From Desmophyllum pertusum (lineage: Eukaryota), in the NCBI GenBank assembly GCA_029204205.1, contig MU825873.1, forward strand, positions 7,136,407 to 7,200,406: 64,000 bases of DNA, written 5' to 3'. Of the stretch, positions 34,451 to 47,707 are shown piece after piece. The notes beneath the pieces were generated by a model, which was not told the origin of the DNA, ran no database searches, and saw nothing but the letters and a program-made list of their open reading frames with translations. A program made the position numbers and the translations under genes. The first letter of the stretch is position 1. Each line of letters opens with the position of its first letter.

Positions 34451-36940
34451 ACAGCCACTTTACTAATAGGTACATGTAAGTAAATCGAGTTGAAAAAGAA
34501 GATCAATAATTAATTGATCAATCTTAATTATTAAGATCGATAAAAGCAAAAATGGTACATGTATAGGGAAAATCCAGAGGCTACCAAAATGAATCGCTAC
34601 GATAGAAGGTCGAATGACTGACGTCACGGACCCTCATATTTTCTTCCTCTCCTAAGTCATACATACACGCACGCACGCACAAAATCAGTCAAAACTAAGC
34701 TCTCCTCCTTCATCTCTTCTCAAATTATCGATCCTTCCTCAACCGCTTTACCCCTGGCTAATAATAATTATTAACATTAACAACAGCACAAATATATGGC
34801 TGATCACAGGCTAGTACACTTAATTAAATTATTATTCTCTACATATATTTGTACCTGATTGAACATTTTAATGTTGTAATATTTCCATAATATACTCCGG
34901 CAATCGTACCTTTAAAAACTGCACATTAACAATATCTGATCAACATCTGATCATTAACAATTATTGTCAATGATCAGATGTAACAACTATATAATAACTC
35001 AAACTTTCACGGTGATATACCAATAATGCCAATTTTTCCTGAGTCAAATGCGTGAGATTTTTGTCTTCAGAGTACCTGGATTTCTGAAGATGTTCTGACG
35101 ATTTCCGAACATTGCCGAAGACATCCGAAGATTTCCGAAGGTGATTCAAAGATTTTTGAACATTAATGAAGAGTTTGTATCCAGTTCCACAAGGCGTTCG
35201 GACACGGTTTGGAGGATTCAAACCACAATATATAGCATTATTTATAGGATTATGTTTCCTTGCGTTGGTTTGAGTTTACATATTTTTCAAGTGTGTCAGT
35301 TAAGGCTGTAATAGCTCAACTTTTTCAGCAAGGCATGAGAAATTTGTCCGTAAGCATGAGATTAAAATTGGACTTTATACAAAATACATGTAATGAAACT
35401 AGAACAGAAAAATTAATCCGAGAAATATGAAATAATTTGTGCTATATAAACACAAGCCTGCTTTCCTAAGTGAAAACTATTAATTAAAAGGAAATTGTCT
35501 TTTGTGAAATAAAAAAATATTTTCTTTTAATTTTTTGGTTTTTATTCATGATGAAATAGACTATGCATTGGAGATGGTTTCATTCAACACAAACAATTTC
35601 TTGGCATATTGGTATTGCCTAAATAAATAAATAAATAAAAGAAAATTAACACAGGGGTCATCCATCCAAGTATTAGCCTTGCCCGACAGGTCTTAACTTC
35701 GGTGATCGGACGAAACCATGCAGTGTTTTCCCTGTGGCATGGTCGTAGTCACATGGACGTAAAAAACAAGATTCAGAATTCAGAATTCTTGTCTTTCTTT
35801 CAAGTTTCTTTCATTTTTCCACCTTTAATCAGGAATTTGGGGTTTTCAAAGTGAAATATATCAAAGGCTCTTTTGATTCAATGCTTCTATACTAAATATG
35901 TTAAATGCACTGCTTCAAAAATATTTTAAATTGTCTAGATTGAGTTTAATTATGGCCTTTTCTAAGGTGGCAGCCACATTCACCTTTATTACCTAAAACA
36001 AAAGTCATTATGTGGTAAAATTAATGAGGGTTGCAAGTAGCATGTGGATGATACTGATTGTTATTTCCAAATGGATATGGAGAAGTAATTATGTTTTGAA
36101 ATTTGTCTACTAGGTTTTCCATCCTTACAACAAATGTCCAACCAATGGGATGAATTTTCCAATGTAGAACAAAATCAAACTTCATCAAGACCTTCTGGCC
36201 GATTGAGAGGTGATTTATTAATTTTAGAGACATTGTCACATGTAGTCCACAAATCCTGATACTGCTGAGTGTATGATGGCAAAATGTTACAGATTTGATA
36301 TGCAAAATTGTCATAGTACTTATCCATACTCCATACATACTTATCATAGTATTATACCATACATAAAGCTGTTTTTGTTTGGCATTGTTGCATTGTTTGT
36401 GGACATTTGCATACTTGTACTGCTTAATTGCAACATGCCTAACAACTAGCTAACAGTTCTGTTGTTGGAGTATTCCCTCCATTATGGAAAGGAGGACTGG
36501 CCATCAGTAAAGTTGATGACTTGCTTCAGAAACTAAAATATATTAAAGCTGTACAGAAACTAAAGCAATAACATTAAGATTTACCATAAATATATTTTTC
36601 TCTTCAATTTATCACAAGGATTTTCAAATATATATGGTATTAGTAAGCTTATATATACCAACTCGGCGACCTTGGCGTTTTAAGCAATCTGATTGGTCCG
36701 CTATCTCGGGATATTCAACACTATCCACCTCCTAGGAGGTGAATAGTGCCGGGAATTCTGGGAAACCTTTTGGCAGAGAATTTATTGAGAAGAAAAATTA
36801 AAATGTCCAGTCTTATCGTTCGACTTGTGTTTCAGAAGTAGAAACCTTGAAATTGTACATCGGAAAATACACGAAGGCTACAATGTTTGTTCTAAAACAT
36901 TTCCAAGGAAAATAAGCTATATTTATTTCGATTCTAGATA

Positions 36941-37738
36941 CACGGTGGGCACAGAGTGACCCTAAAACGCCGACCTTCATTCAATTCTTCAGGTTTTGAT
37001 GCAGGCTACCTGAAATTTTACAATAATATGTAACTCAAAATTCTAACAAATCGTATGTTTTTTGTTTTTCAAATTTCGAAATTTTTGGCGGGAAAATGAC
37101 GTCGCAAAGTTGGCGCCAATTTTTTTAAAAATGTTATGGAACATTTGATGACAGTTTCTGAAAGAACATGCCACAAGAATGCTGAAACTGAAAAAATATC
37201 TGAAATATGTTGATCCAATCAAACATTATGGTGTATTGAAGTTTGCATTTTCCGCCATTTTGTTACTAAAAATAGCTCAAAATGGCGGAAAATGCAAACT
37301 TCAAACTTCGGGAAAATGACGTCGCAAAGTTGGTGCCAAATTTTTTTAAAAATGTTATGGAACATTTGATGACAGTTTCTGAAAGAACATGCCACAAGAA
37401 TGCTGAAACTGAAAAAATATCTGAAATATGTTGATCCAATCAAACATTATGGTGTATTGAAGTTTGCATTTTCCGCCATTTTGTTACTAAAAATAGCTCA
37501 AAATGGCGGAAAATGCAAACTTCAATACACCATAATGAAAATAATAATAATAAAAAAAATTGGCTCCAACTTTGCGACGTCATTTTCCCGCCAAAAATTT
37601 CGAAATTTGAAAAACAAAAAACATACGATTTGTTAGAATGTCGAGTTCTATATTATTGTAAAATTTCAGGTAGCCTGCATCAAAACGTGAAAAATTGAAC
37701 GAAGGTCGGCGTTTTAGGGTCACTCTGTGCCCACCGTG
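36941..37738. mobile_element. foldback element, same family, copy 2 (MVP intron 9) with internal 220-bp tandem duplication
   Basis: Termini are CACGGTGGGCACAGAGTGACCCTAAAACGCCGACC and its reverse complement. Cores GGGAAAATGACGTCGCAAAGTTGGCGCCAA are present in both orientations. 37080-37300 is duplicated at 37300-37520. ATA flanks both sides. Confidence 0.7.
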
Positions 37739-37949
37739 ATACGTAAAAAGCATGTTCACAAACTGTTAGGTAGTAAACAGTTATTAAATACGTCGCGCTA
37801 CTCGTGGATTGCAAATCTTGTACATCTCTGTTCACATAAAACGAGCATCAAACAATGAAAGAAGAACAACAATTAGTCTACCTTTGAGGACTGGTCGACT
37901 GGTCAGGTCTTGAGTCAAACTCCTGAAGAGCTCTTTGGTCCCTGTCTGC

Positions 37950-40220
37950 ACAGGCCGCCCAAGCTAAAGATAAGAGAACAGTGTCACGGTATATAAAGCG
38001 GTATTTATAAGGGTTTGTATGGGAACACAACGGTTATGTTTTAGAAGATATAAAATCGAATGTTTTGTGAATAAAAATGACTTACCCTGTTGCTGTGTTG
38101 TATTCTTTGTAGTTTGCCAGCTTCTCAGGGGTATGCACAATCTACGAGGCAGCGAGGCAGACGTGCGAGCCAGGCGAGGCATGCGAGGCATGCGAGCCAT
38201 CGACCAAAACATGCAAGCCATATATTTTTATTATAGTTTTTCGCCATGTAGGTCGACAGTCAAATTGGTAGGTCGAGAGAATCGATGATGTAAATGACCG
38301 TCTTCTCTCGTTGCTGCCATTTTGAATACTGAGAAGGCCCTGAGGACGACATTGAACCAACAACACAAACTGTCACGCATTATGCGCAAGTTGTCACGCA
38401 TTATGCGCGAGTCCAATCTCCACCCCAGAGCTCTTCTCTTTTGCGCAGTCAATAAAAGCAGCAAATGGGGAATGAGAATGGGGTGAGTCGCAAGGGGTGA
38501 AAATTAATTCGAGCCACGCCCACAAAACCTTTTAGGGGTTCTTTTCCGAAATTCCGACTATCACACCCGCCACTTTAATATGGGAGTCCCACCCCCGAGC
38601 GTTAAGATCACACCGATATCAGATTGGAATGGTTTTATAAATAAGTTTCTTGGCAACTTTGATACGCATTCTTTTCATGGACAGAAATAAAATGTCCTTT
38701 TATCCACATTAAATTAAAAATTCTGCAAGGGCCCTCTGTACTAGCTTGGAGGTCTCCAAATGAAATTGAGGTGCAAGATGCGCACTTTACCTCTTTGCGA
38801 GTTTTCTTAATATCAATTTTGAAAACTTGATTATCTGAGCTACATTTACATATGTATGTATATCTGTCAGGGGAACACGCTCTGGGAATTTCGCATCAAT
38901 GACTGTTGACCATTATGCATTCGAAAACTGTCGTTTGTAGATTAATAAGCATGATTTTTCAAAGTTGCACTCTACTTGTTCGGACGACCGGACAGGGGTT
39001 TTATGTTTTGTAACTTTAATTTATCGTGTGACTGATTTTATGGTAAAGTTAGAACATCATAATGACGATTACGTCATGTTGCTTAGTAACTTCGGGACGA
39101 CAATCGCGGACTCAGTCCCGTCTCGGAAACGGGATTTCGCCCTCAACTGGTACCCTACTGAGAGAAGCAAACTTTGTATTTTAAGGAAGATTTTCCGACG
39201 ATTTCCGGACGTTGCCAAAGATGATCCGACAATGTCCAATGCCAAAGATGGGTTTGGAGGATTCAAACAAGAGATGTAGCTCCATTTATTGTAGCTCCAT
39301 TTATAGGGCTTGTTTTGTCTGAAATGAATCAAATTTACATATTCGTGACTTGCGCATATAATGCGTGACAGTTTGTGTTGTTTGGCTCAAATGTGTCGTA
39401 GCTATCCTTGAAACGTCTTTGTAATACAATTTGACTGTCGACCTACATGGCGAAAAACTATAAAAAAATATATGGCTCATCTGGCTCGCATGTTTTGGTC
39501 GATGCCTCGCCTGGCTCGCACGTCTGCCTCGCTGACTCGCACGTCTGCCTCGCTGCCTCGCTGGCTCGCATATTGTAGACACTCGCTTCTCAGGCCGGTT
39601 TTAGGCGAGTTTTAGTTTTCAAGGTTTTCCGTTAATATAATTTAGAGAAGGCAGGAAAGAAGATTTCAAATCCAATCACTCGAAGATCGATAAATTCCGT
39701 TAAAATGCTCAAATCGCCTCAAAACTTCCACCAGTGTAATCTCCGATAACAAATGTTCCCTCTGGTTGTTTTTTCGGCTTCCAAATGCCGTTCTAACTGC
39801 AGATAAACCTTCGTCAGTTCGACACTCACATTTCCCGATACCCGTTGGATGTTTGAACCACAAACAAAATGGCGTCATGTCGACAAAATCACCCTATGCC
39901 GGGGAGGGGCATGGCTGTATTGTCATTCGAGTGATTGGATTTTATATCTTCTTTCCTGCCTTCCCTAAATTATATTAATGGAAAACCACGAAAACTAAAA
40001 CTCGCCTAAATCGCCTCAAACCGGCCTGAGAAGCTGGCAAACTACAAAGAATACAACACAGCAACAGGGTAAGTCGTTTTTATTCACAAAACATTCGATT
40101 TTATATCTTCTAAAACATAACCGTTGCGTTCCCATACAAACCCTTATAAATCGAGCCGTTGTAACACAATACCGCTTTATATACCGTGGCACTGTTCTCT
40201 TATCTTTAGCTTGGGTGGCC
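37950..40220. repeat. composite inverted repeat (arms 37950-38290 and 39400-40220) with a nested 440-bp MITE at 39590-40032
   Basis: The arm sequence GCGAGGCAGACGTGCGAGCC...CGCCATGTAGGTCGACAGTCAAATTG and its reverse complement are both present. The distal arm is interrupted by an element with ~100-bp TIRs (TTCTCAGGCCGGTTTTAGGCGAGTTTTAGTTTTC...). Confidence 0.65.
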
Positions 40221-40959
40221 TGTGCTGTCTGTTGTAAATATCCACTCCTGCATCAACTGCCATTCACTATAAAATTGCTGGTACTAGCCAGGCAGCTATT
40301 CTTGAGCAAATTTCCATTGGAGAAAACTTCAATTTGTCTTCTCAATCCAGCACTACACATTTGAATTCTGGCGACTCGTTCATTTGCCCCTTCATTATTT
40401 TCCACTTGAAGTGAAGCCTTTAACGAAACTGTTGAACTGCCCACAGGTTTGTTTCAAAGTTTTGACAGTATTATCAAAAAGCAATTATGTCTCAGCAATT
40501 AATCGCAAACTGATTAAATGAAGTGTAAGTACTCCGAGCAACGTTCCGAGAGTCAACACATGTGCATGAGTATCTTGAATTTGCATAAATTGAAATGGCC
40601 TGACGCGAGTTCACTCATGCATGGCGATTGTCACGCATTGAGCGTCACACTCTTGCTAATGTTTTTTTTTTTAATTAAACTTTGACACCTTTTTGCGTGA
40701 GTTAGGATGGAGGTCGCCTCATTGGTATATACTAAAACAATAATTATTATTATTCGCCTCAAGCTCAGTGAATATGGGTGAATATTTACCTCGACTTCAT
40801 CTCGGTAAATATTCACCAATATTCACTTCGCCTTGGCGAATAATTGTTAAATATTTCCAGTTTCGGGCAAATTTGCTGAAGTAGAAACATAAATATATTT
40901 TTTTTATGTTAAAAAAAAAGAAACATATTTCTTGACGAGCCACAAAATACTTTTGTTGA

Positions 40960-41200
40960 CCCAAACCAAGGTGCTACATATAGCGACGACACGTAAAGCC
41001 TGGTTTTCACTAGCGACGCAAGCACAAGCACATGCAACATACGCAGACGCAGACGCAGTAACTTTTTGATCATCAGTGCCTTTTGTTTACGACAAATCAA
41101 CAGGTTACTGCATGTGCGTATGTTGTTTGTGGTTGCCGCGTCGCTAGCGAAAACCAGGCTTTACGTGTCACTATATGTAGCACCTTGGTTCGCTGCTACT
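40960..41200. mobile_element. MITE with perfect ~50-bp TIRs (AACCAAGGTGCTACATATAGCGACGACACGTAAAGCCTGGTTTTC...)
   Basis: The inverted repeat is read directly. The track ORFs on both strands (40909..41100 and 41066..41314) are hairpin artefacts. Confidence 0.75.
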
Positions 41201-41863
41201 GGTGCATTTCGATCCTCATTATTATTCAGATCATTTAATTCTTCATGCTACTGCCGGATTTTAGAAACGGATATAATTATTTTTTTCTACATACATACGC
41301 TTATCGCAATATGACTCCATTGTGATGCAAATCATGGTATTAAGCATGAAATATGCGGAAAATATGGCTTCAGCAAAAGTCTGTATAATTTTCTTGGCAA
41401 GATAATGTCATGATTGTGTATCGATGGTCTCAAAAATGTTGAGATTGCATGTAAAATGAGAAAAAATCGCACACTTACCTGAAACTGCTTCGGTAGAGCT
41501 CATGTGTGGATGACCACAAATTTTTGGGTCAGCAGTGGTAGCCTTAAGATGATGCAATCAAATTGGCGGGAAAATTATTTAGTATTTAGGGGGTCCAGAT
41601 AGGGGTCCAGATAGGGGTCCAGTAGGGGGTCCATAAAGGGGGTCCACGTTTTGTAACGACCCCATGTACAGTGAAGGAGTACTGTTATCAACAAAATATT
41701 TATTTTCTGTTGTCACTTTCAGCACATTTTACTTTTGAGATAGTATTATCTCTGTTACTTAAATTCAAACAACCTTTAGCCTTCAAGTCTCTAAGGTATT
41801 GGAATGTTTATTTTATTTCTGTTATGCCAGTTTATGTTACAAGCTTTAATAATTACTTTGTAG

Positions 41864-41975
41864 CACAACGAGAACCCAGAAGCAACTTTGGGAGAACGAA
41901 AACCAGAGTTGTGACATTCAGAGTTCCTCATAATGCAGCAGTACAGATATATGATTACAAGGAGAAGACTGCCAG
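41864..41975 (+). CDS. MVP: major vault protein, coding exon 10
   Basis: Acceptor aattactttgtag|CA. Translation [37 protein letters not shown](R), against human [31 protein letters not shown]. Donor gtacat, exon ends in phase 2. It follows an 11.7-kb intron. Confidence 0.88.
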
Positions 41976-43460
41976 GTACATGTACTAAAAGAGGCATAAT
42001 CATCATTATCTTTGTCTTACACATCTTTGATAATTGCATTCTAACATGAGGTTATTGCAGTTTGAACTCAATGACATTAACATTCACGATTGATTTCATC
42101 ACAGCACTACCTTATTCACCAGCAGATTACTGTCATTTGGTGTTTGATATGGGTTTATTTAGGCCGTTTTGTTAAAAAAAGAGGTTAAAGTCTGTGTCAC
42201 AAGCCAGGTGATATAGCATAAAGCCAGCTCAATAGCATAAAGCGACTATTTTACCCCCTGGATGGGATGCTAGTCCATTGCATGAAACCCCCAGCTTTTT
42301 TGTCTGGTTGCCCTGGTTTCAATCAGAACCTGCGCTACAAAAGTGTTGGGTCCCTGTGGCTAAACATTGTAACTTTCCCGACCACAACAACATCCACGGT
42401 ATGAGAGTGTCTGTGGTAAGGCAAGTGAAGGGTGAGACAGAAGGAGGCAACATGAGGAAATGCACCTGGTACATATTTTATGCATACATATAAGCTAATT
42501 TGTGTATTTTGAATTTAGTTGATATACATGTATAAAAATAGACAGAAACCCCATAAATTAGCGAGATAAATTTTGCTATCACTGAAAACATAATAGCAGC
42601 TAGCTAGACTACTGGGAAATTTATTTTCAAAAATGACCTAGTTTATAACAAACATCTGCAGTCCAGATGTCGGCTTTGTTATTTCAAGACTCATTTTGTG
42701 ATAATTGACCTTTCAACAAACTTATGTAGTCCAGAGGTCGGCTTTGTTGTTTCAAGACTCGTTCATGATAATTGCAAAACAGCAAAAATGTAAGTACAGT
42801 ATGGAGTAAGTATGAGTCCAAATTCTAAAGAAAAAATAAAATACACCATCCACATAACTTTTCCATACGTTGAAATGGCGGACTATAATTTTGTTAAGAT
42901 AGCCTGACGTCAATATTGAATAACGATTATCATATGCGGCCATGTGAATGACATTACATCAAGCATTAATAATTAAATCTGGAGTTATCAATGGACACAG
43001 GGCTTTTACAAAGGCCAAATTATTCCATTGGAACTTTCTAAGTTCATAAAAAGATGATCCATATGGTTCGAGTCAGAAACAACTTGAGTGCACATGAGCT
43101 ACAGGAGACTCAAGGAGAATATTGTGTATGAAGGTTTTTTAAGGACAAAATATTGAATGTGCATACATCAATTGTCTTGTATTAAACATCTTTTAGTTGT
43201 ATCAAACATGACATAACGTTGATGTATGGACATTCAATATTCTGCCTGTAAAAAAATCTTGAATTTATATGTGTGCCACCTAAAACCCTTTTTGGTGTCT
43301 TAATTATGCCCAAGGGACTAAAGCTACCAAAGCAGTGGGTAACCTGTGGCTGAACATTTTAACCTTCCTGACCACAACGACATCCACAATATGTGAGTGT
43401 CTGTGGTAAGGCTTAGGCAAGTGACAAATCTAAATCAAGATTTAATTGTTCCCTTTACAG

Positions 43461-43658
43461 AGTTGTGTTTGGTCCTGAGCTGGTTATGCTGTGTCCTGAT
43501 GAGCAGTTTACACAGCTCAGTCTCTCAGGAGGAAAACCAAAGAAACCCAATGTCATCAAAGCACTGTGTTTGCTTCTTGGCCCAGACTTCTGTACTGACA
43601 TTGTCACTGTGGAGACTTCTGACCATGCTAGATTGCAGCTGCAGCTATCTTACAACTG
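43461..43658 (+). CDS. MVP: major vault protein, coding exon 11
   Basis: Acceptor ccctttacag|A. Translation (R)[65 protein letters not shown](W), against human [66 protein letters not shown]. Donor gtaatt. Confidence 0.92.
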
Positions 43659-43950
43659 GTAATTAGTTAACTTACATATGTCGTGTATTCCCTGTTTATG
43701 TGTGGCTTACATTGAAAAGAGGTACCATAATACAGTGAAATCTGTGTTACAAGCTCTGGGTTGATACAGTTTTTTAAGGGGTTTGGGATGGGGGACTTAT
43801 TAACAAATTTCAAGTAAAAACTCCATAGATTGTGCCTGGAGTTAAAAAGAAATGCTGCATAACTGTTGTACACTTGTTCAAAGAACATCACACGTATTTT
43901 TTAAATGCTCAATTGTTGTGTGAAAGTATGATTGCGCAAAGAAGTTACTC

Positions 43951-44446
43951 TTAGGGCCTCCACAGACTAGAGATAGTTGTCGACAACTATTAGTATTCGA
44001 CAACTAAAATGACTCGACAACTATGAGTGCTTGATAGAGCTTTTCCACACACGAGGCCAAAATTATCGATAACTTGTATTTTTATGTGAGAGCTTGGTAA
44101 CTAGCGTTCCTGCGCATGTCAATGCGATTGCACGTTTGGGCAGCGTTTGGGCAAGATGGCCAAGAAGAAGGGAAAAAACCAAACATAGCGGTGTGAATGG
44201 AACACTGATAATAGGGAACTTAAGCAAACCACGACGGCAAATGCACCAAAATGTATAACACACTCGCAGAGCTATTGTACTGAACTGAATTAGGAAAACT
44301 GTTTTGTTGTCGATAACAAATATTTTTACAATTTTGTCATCGATAACTCGCTTCACACACTGGCTTTTTTGTTATCAACAACTTTTTATGATCGACAACT
44401 AAATAGTTATTGATAACAATAGTGGTCTAGTCTGTGGAGGCCCTAA
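43951..44446. mobile_element. MITE with 20-bp TIR TTAGGGCCTCCACAGACTAG and internal CGACAACT subrepeats (MVP intron 11)
   Basis: The TIR is at 43951-43970 and its reverse complement at 44427-44446. Confidence 0.75.
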
Positions 44447-44564
44447 GACTAATTAAACATTAGTTGCTCTACGTTAGTAATGCGAGATAACCTATATTAA
44501 GCAGACACCCTTGGGGAATGCTCTAGTGTCCACTTAATACAGGTTCCCATAAAATATATTATAT

Positions 44565-44995
44565 TAGTAGAGTCAAACCTCTATTAAGCTGCCCTCTGTT
44601 AAGTTGTCACTTATCAAATACCCGGAAATCACTCCCCATAGTTATGTAAACTTGACCTCTATTAGGAAGTCACCTCTATTAAGCAGACATGGTCACCGTT
44701 TAGACTTCCCAATTGGCTATTTTTATTGTATTTCACCTCTATTAAACTGTGAGCTAGTTATATTACAATGCAATATTTTGGCACAACGAAAAGCAAAGCA
44801 TGTCCAGTTTCTTTTAACAGCTCATCAAACACAATATAATACATGTAATCAGCATAATGATGCTATTGTTTGGGCTGGGTGGATAAATTTTAAATTTTAA
44901 ATGTAAATTTTAGAACACCTCTATTAAGCAGTCAACTTCTATTAAGCAGTCAGTTGGCTATTTCCTGAGGGTGACCACTTAATAGAGGTTTGACT
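44565..44995. mobile_element. MITE with TIR (T)AGAGTCAAACCTCTATTAAG and repeated CACCTCTATTAAGCAG subrepeats
   Basis: AGTCAAACCTCTATTAAG is at ~44568 and CTTAATAGAGGTTTGACT at ~44975. Confidence 0.65.
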
Positions 44996-45400
44996 GTATG
45001 TAATAGTACTACATGCTGTCCAATTTGGAAATAATTGGATGAGAAAAATTCTGAGGACTGCCAAATTGGACGAGGCCATAGGCAGAGTCCAATTTGGCAG
45101 TCCGAAGAATTTTTGAATATAATCATTTCCAAATTGGATATTACCTACTAATAATAATATTATTATATTGTGCATAAGGGTAAATAATGCTGATTTCGCC
45201 AATAATAAATTATTTCAAAGAATGGACATGAATGCATAGAAAGTATTTGGTTCAAGAATCTCTGAGATTTTTATTCTGTTAAAGAATATTGCAGGAAAGT
45301 TGCTAAATACGGTATTACTAGAATCAGAGAAATACAAAAGTAACAATTCAATGACTTAAATATGCCAATTGAAAATGTATTATACTACAAAACATTTACA

Positions 45401-45643
45401 TCACCACTGTATTAAAATTATCATAATATAGCAACCAGTTGGGCGGCCAAGGTTTTTTAAATGTCGGTACAGCGAGGCTTGCATGACCACCAAGCTATCC
45501 AGTTCATAGTCTTCGCCATCCTGTTTTCGTGCTTCCACAAAAAATGTACAAAGTACCACATCTACTTCTTCGACTGGAATGTCCTCTAGAAGCCTTTGTT
45601 TGCCCCGAGCGAGTCTCCATGCGTCGGAAACTTTCAGCCCCAT
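45401..45643 (-). mobile_element. fragment resembling the N-terminal core-binding (SAM-like) domain of eukaryotic tyrosine-recombinase elements (Crypton/DIRS-type; DUF3504-like)
   Basis: The minus ORF reads ...VDVVLCTFFVEARKQDGEDYELDSLVVMQASLYRHLKNLG. It fits the pattern F..E.RK.DG..Y...SL......L.RHL that I recall for this domain. Only about 80 aa are present and no catalytic domain. Confidence 0.4.
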
Positions 45644-47164
45644 TGATGTGCCTTTTTTTAGTGCATAATGTACTCATGAGATGATTTAGTGTGGGGTCAT
45701 CTGCGATAGGTAGCTAAGGCACTATGGTGTAAACCTTGATAATCAATTAATTAATTAATATTAATTAACAACTCTTGCGTGGGGGACGCGTGTGCACCAC
45801 GCAAAACATGGGTGATCTATCTGCGTTACCACTTGTATTTAACACAATATTTCCATATATATGTTAATTTTTATAGTTTTATTGTTGAAACCGAAGCAAC
45901 CACGATCTATGCTGTTCCATGACGATTTGATAATTCAATTAGTTTTCCAGTTGAGTGGAAATTTATGTTTTAAATGAAAGAAAATATTTTCTCTTCAATG
46001 TTTCAGCAGGATTTTCACTTCCTTATTATGATGGTGGGTGTTCATTGCACTTGAAAGAGATTACAACGATAGGCACAAGGATATTTAAGTTCTATTTATC
46101 ATCAGGTTACAAGGATCTTGGGCTCCACATGACCTTGGCCACAGTGTCACGCTATCCATATAACACTCTGCACTACCCTTTTGGTCTCAGAGTTTATGGA
46201 ATTAATGGGATGAACTTTGCGCTAAATTAAACCTTTGTGGTTGAACAGAGTTTTGACGATACATCTACCACCACTTAACTTAAAAGACTCAACTGAAAGT
46301 TAGAATGCACTGCACAGAGCGATCGAGAAATGAGCAAGAGTGGCAATTAAAACCGTGTTTTGCAAGAGTAAACATTTTGACAAACAAGCTACCTTATTAT
46401 TCTCACTTATTTTCACAAGTCTTAAATAAATACGATATTTTCACAATATTTTAAGCCTTTGAGCCATTATGTTCTCTCAAATCGCAAAAAGAAAGCCTCG
46501 CGAAATATGGGTCTGTCGATTTCGCGAAATTAAGTACATGTAAAAATTATTGAGGTACCATGAAGCGACAATTCAACATTCTGATGGAAAGCGTTCGCTC
46601 AGTTATCAGTCATTTTGTAGCTGCACACTTAACTTCCATGGAGAACATGTCAAATTGACTTTGTCATTTTGCTTTTTTCACTTTGCACTTGATGATCTAT
46701 TTTTGTTTTCGCTCAACGATCCTTGAGGGAAACTAGGAAATGCTCATAGTCTCTTGATGTGACAGCATCAAGGTCACTCCACTCCTATGCCGATTAACGG
46801 ATGGATGAGATCTTTTGATTCCATTCCAATTGGCACTGATGGCCAGGGGTGGTGGTGACAGCTAGACATGTGTTTATTACACTCTGTGCTACCCTTTGAG
46901 TTTTGGGTGGTGGATCAGATTTAGCAGAAAGAATTTCACGATATAGCCTAAAACGCCTTTTGATTATTTCCTTTTTCACTTGTTATATTATTTTATCTGA
47001 TCATGATGTATGTATAAAATGTCATTTGTAATGACATAATTAGCTCTCTCAGCAGACACTTGTGGAATAATAGTGTTATTGTTTAGTCAGTTTAGAAGCT
47101 ATTAGTGCAATATTTTTTTCTGTAGTGATAAGTGATGAATGAAATAATATATGAACTGATAGAG

Positions 47165-47240
47165 TGTAAAGTGAATAAAGTTAAGGGCTCAACAGGACTT
47201 GATCTCATGACCTCTGCATTTACCGGTGTGATGCTATGCC
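47165..47240 (-). repeat. tRNA-derived (SINE-head-like) sequence, not a functional tRNA
   Basis: The reverse complement reads GGCTTAGTGTTGGCATAGCATCACACCGGTAAATGCAGAGGTCATGAGATCAAGTCC, which carries D-arm-like and T-arm-like segments. The stems do not pair and there is no acceptor stem. Confidence 0.4.
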
Positions 47241-47359
47241 AACACTAAGCCACACATTGGTAACAAGGTCAAGTGAAGGGCCTGGTGGAAAAAGGGTGGT
47301 TTGACAAGATAATAATTATATTTGTCAATTAACCACCCTTTTTACACCGGGCCCTTCAA

Positions 47360-47628
47360 TTGTTAGTTAAAGGGTCCCTCTCAACCAGTGTGCTTTGCAC
47401 GCCAATACTCTTACGGCAGCCATTTTCGGGTGCCGCGAAAATGGCGGCTTGAAGTTAAAAACTTTGCAGGATTCTGGCCTTGTTCTGGCCACAAAAAGCA
47501 GTTAGACGACCCAAGTTAGTACAATTTCAAAGTATGGCATACATTAGCCCCACGAGAGATCGAGTTCCATGGACGAAAACAATAACACGCGACCGGAAAG
47601 CACACTGGTTGAGAGGGACCCTTTAATA
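47360..47628. mobile_element. MITE (TIR TTAAAGGGTCCCTCTCAACCAGTGTGCTTT) ending 80 bp upstream of MVP exon 12
   Basis: The TIR is at 47360-47395 and its reverse complement at 47595-47628. An internal palindrome is GCCATTTTCGGGTGCCGCGAAAATGGCGGC. Confidence 0.75.
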
Positions 47629-47707
47629 TGTTCCATGATTAATATGTCTTGAATGAAATCATAAATTAACTGCAATGTTGTGTACCCTATTTTGTTTTCT
47701 TTAACAG

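Noticed and set aside
36021-36347. 108-aa minus-strand ORF in intron 9
   Set aside because: It has no recognisable motifs and no splice context. It is probably a chance ORF in AT-rich DNA.
40909-41314. Paired ORFs (63 aa on the minus strand, 82 aa on the plus strand) with mirrored sequence
   Set aside because: They are read across the 50-bp perfect TIRs of the MITE at 40960-41200.
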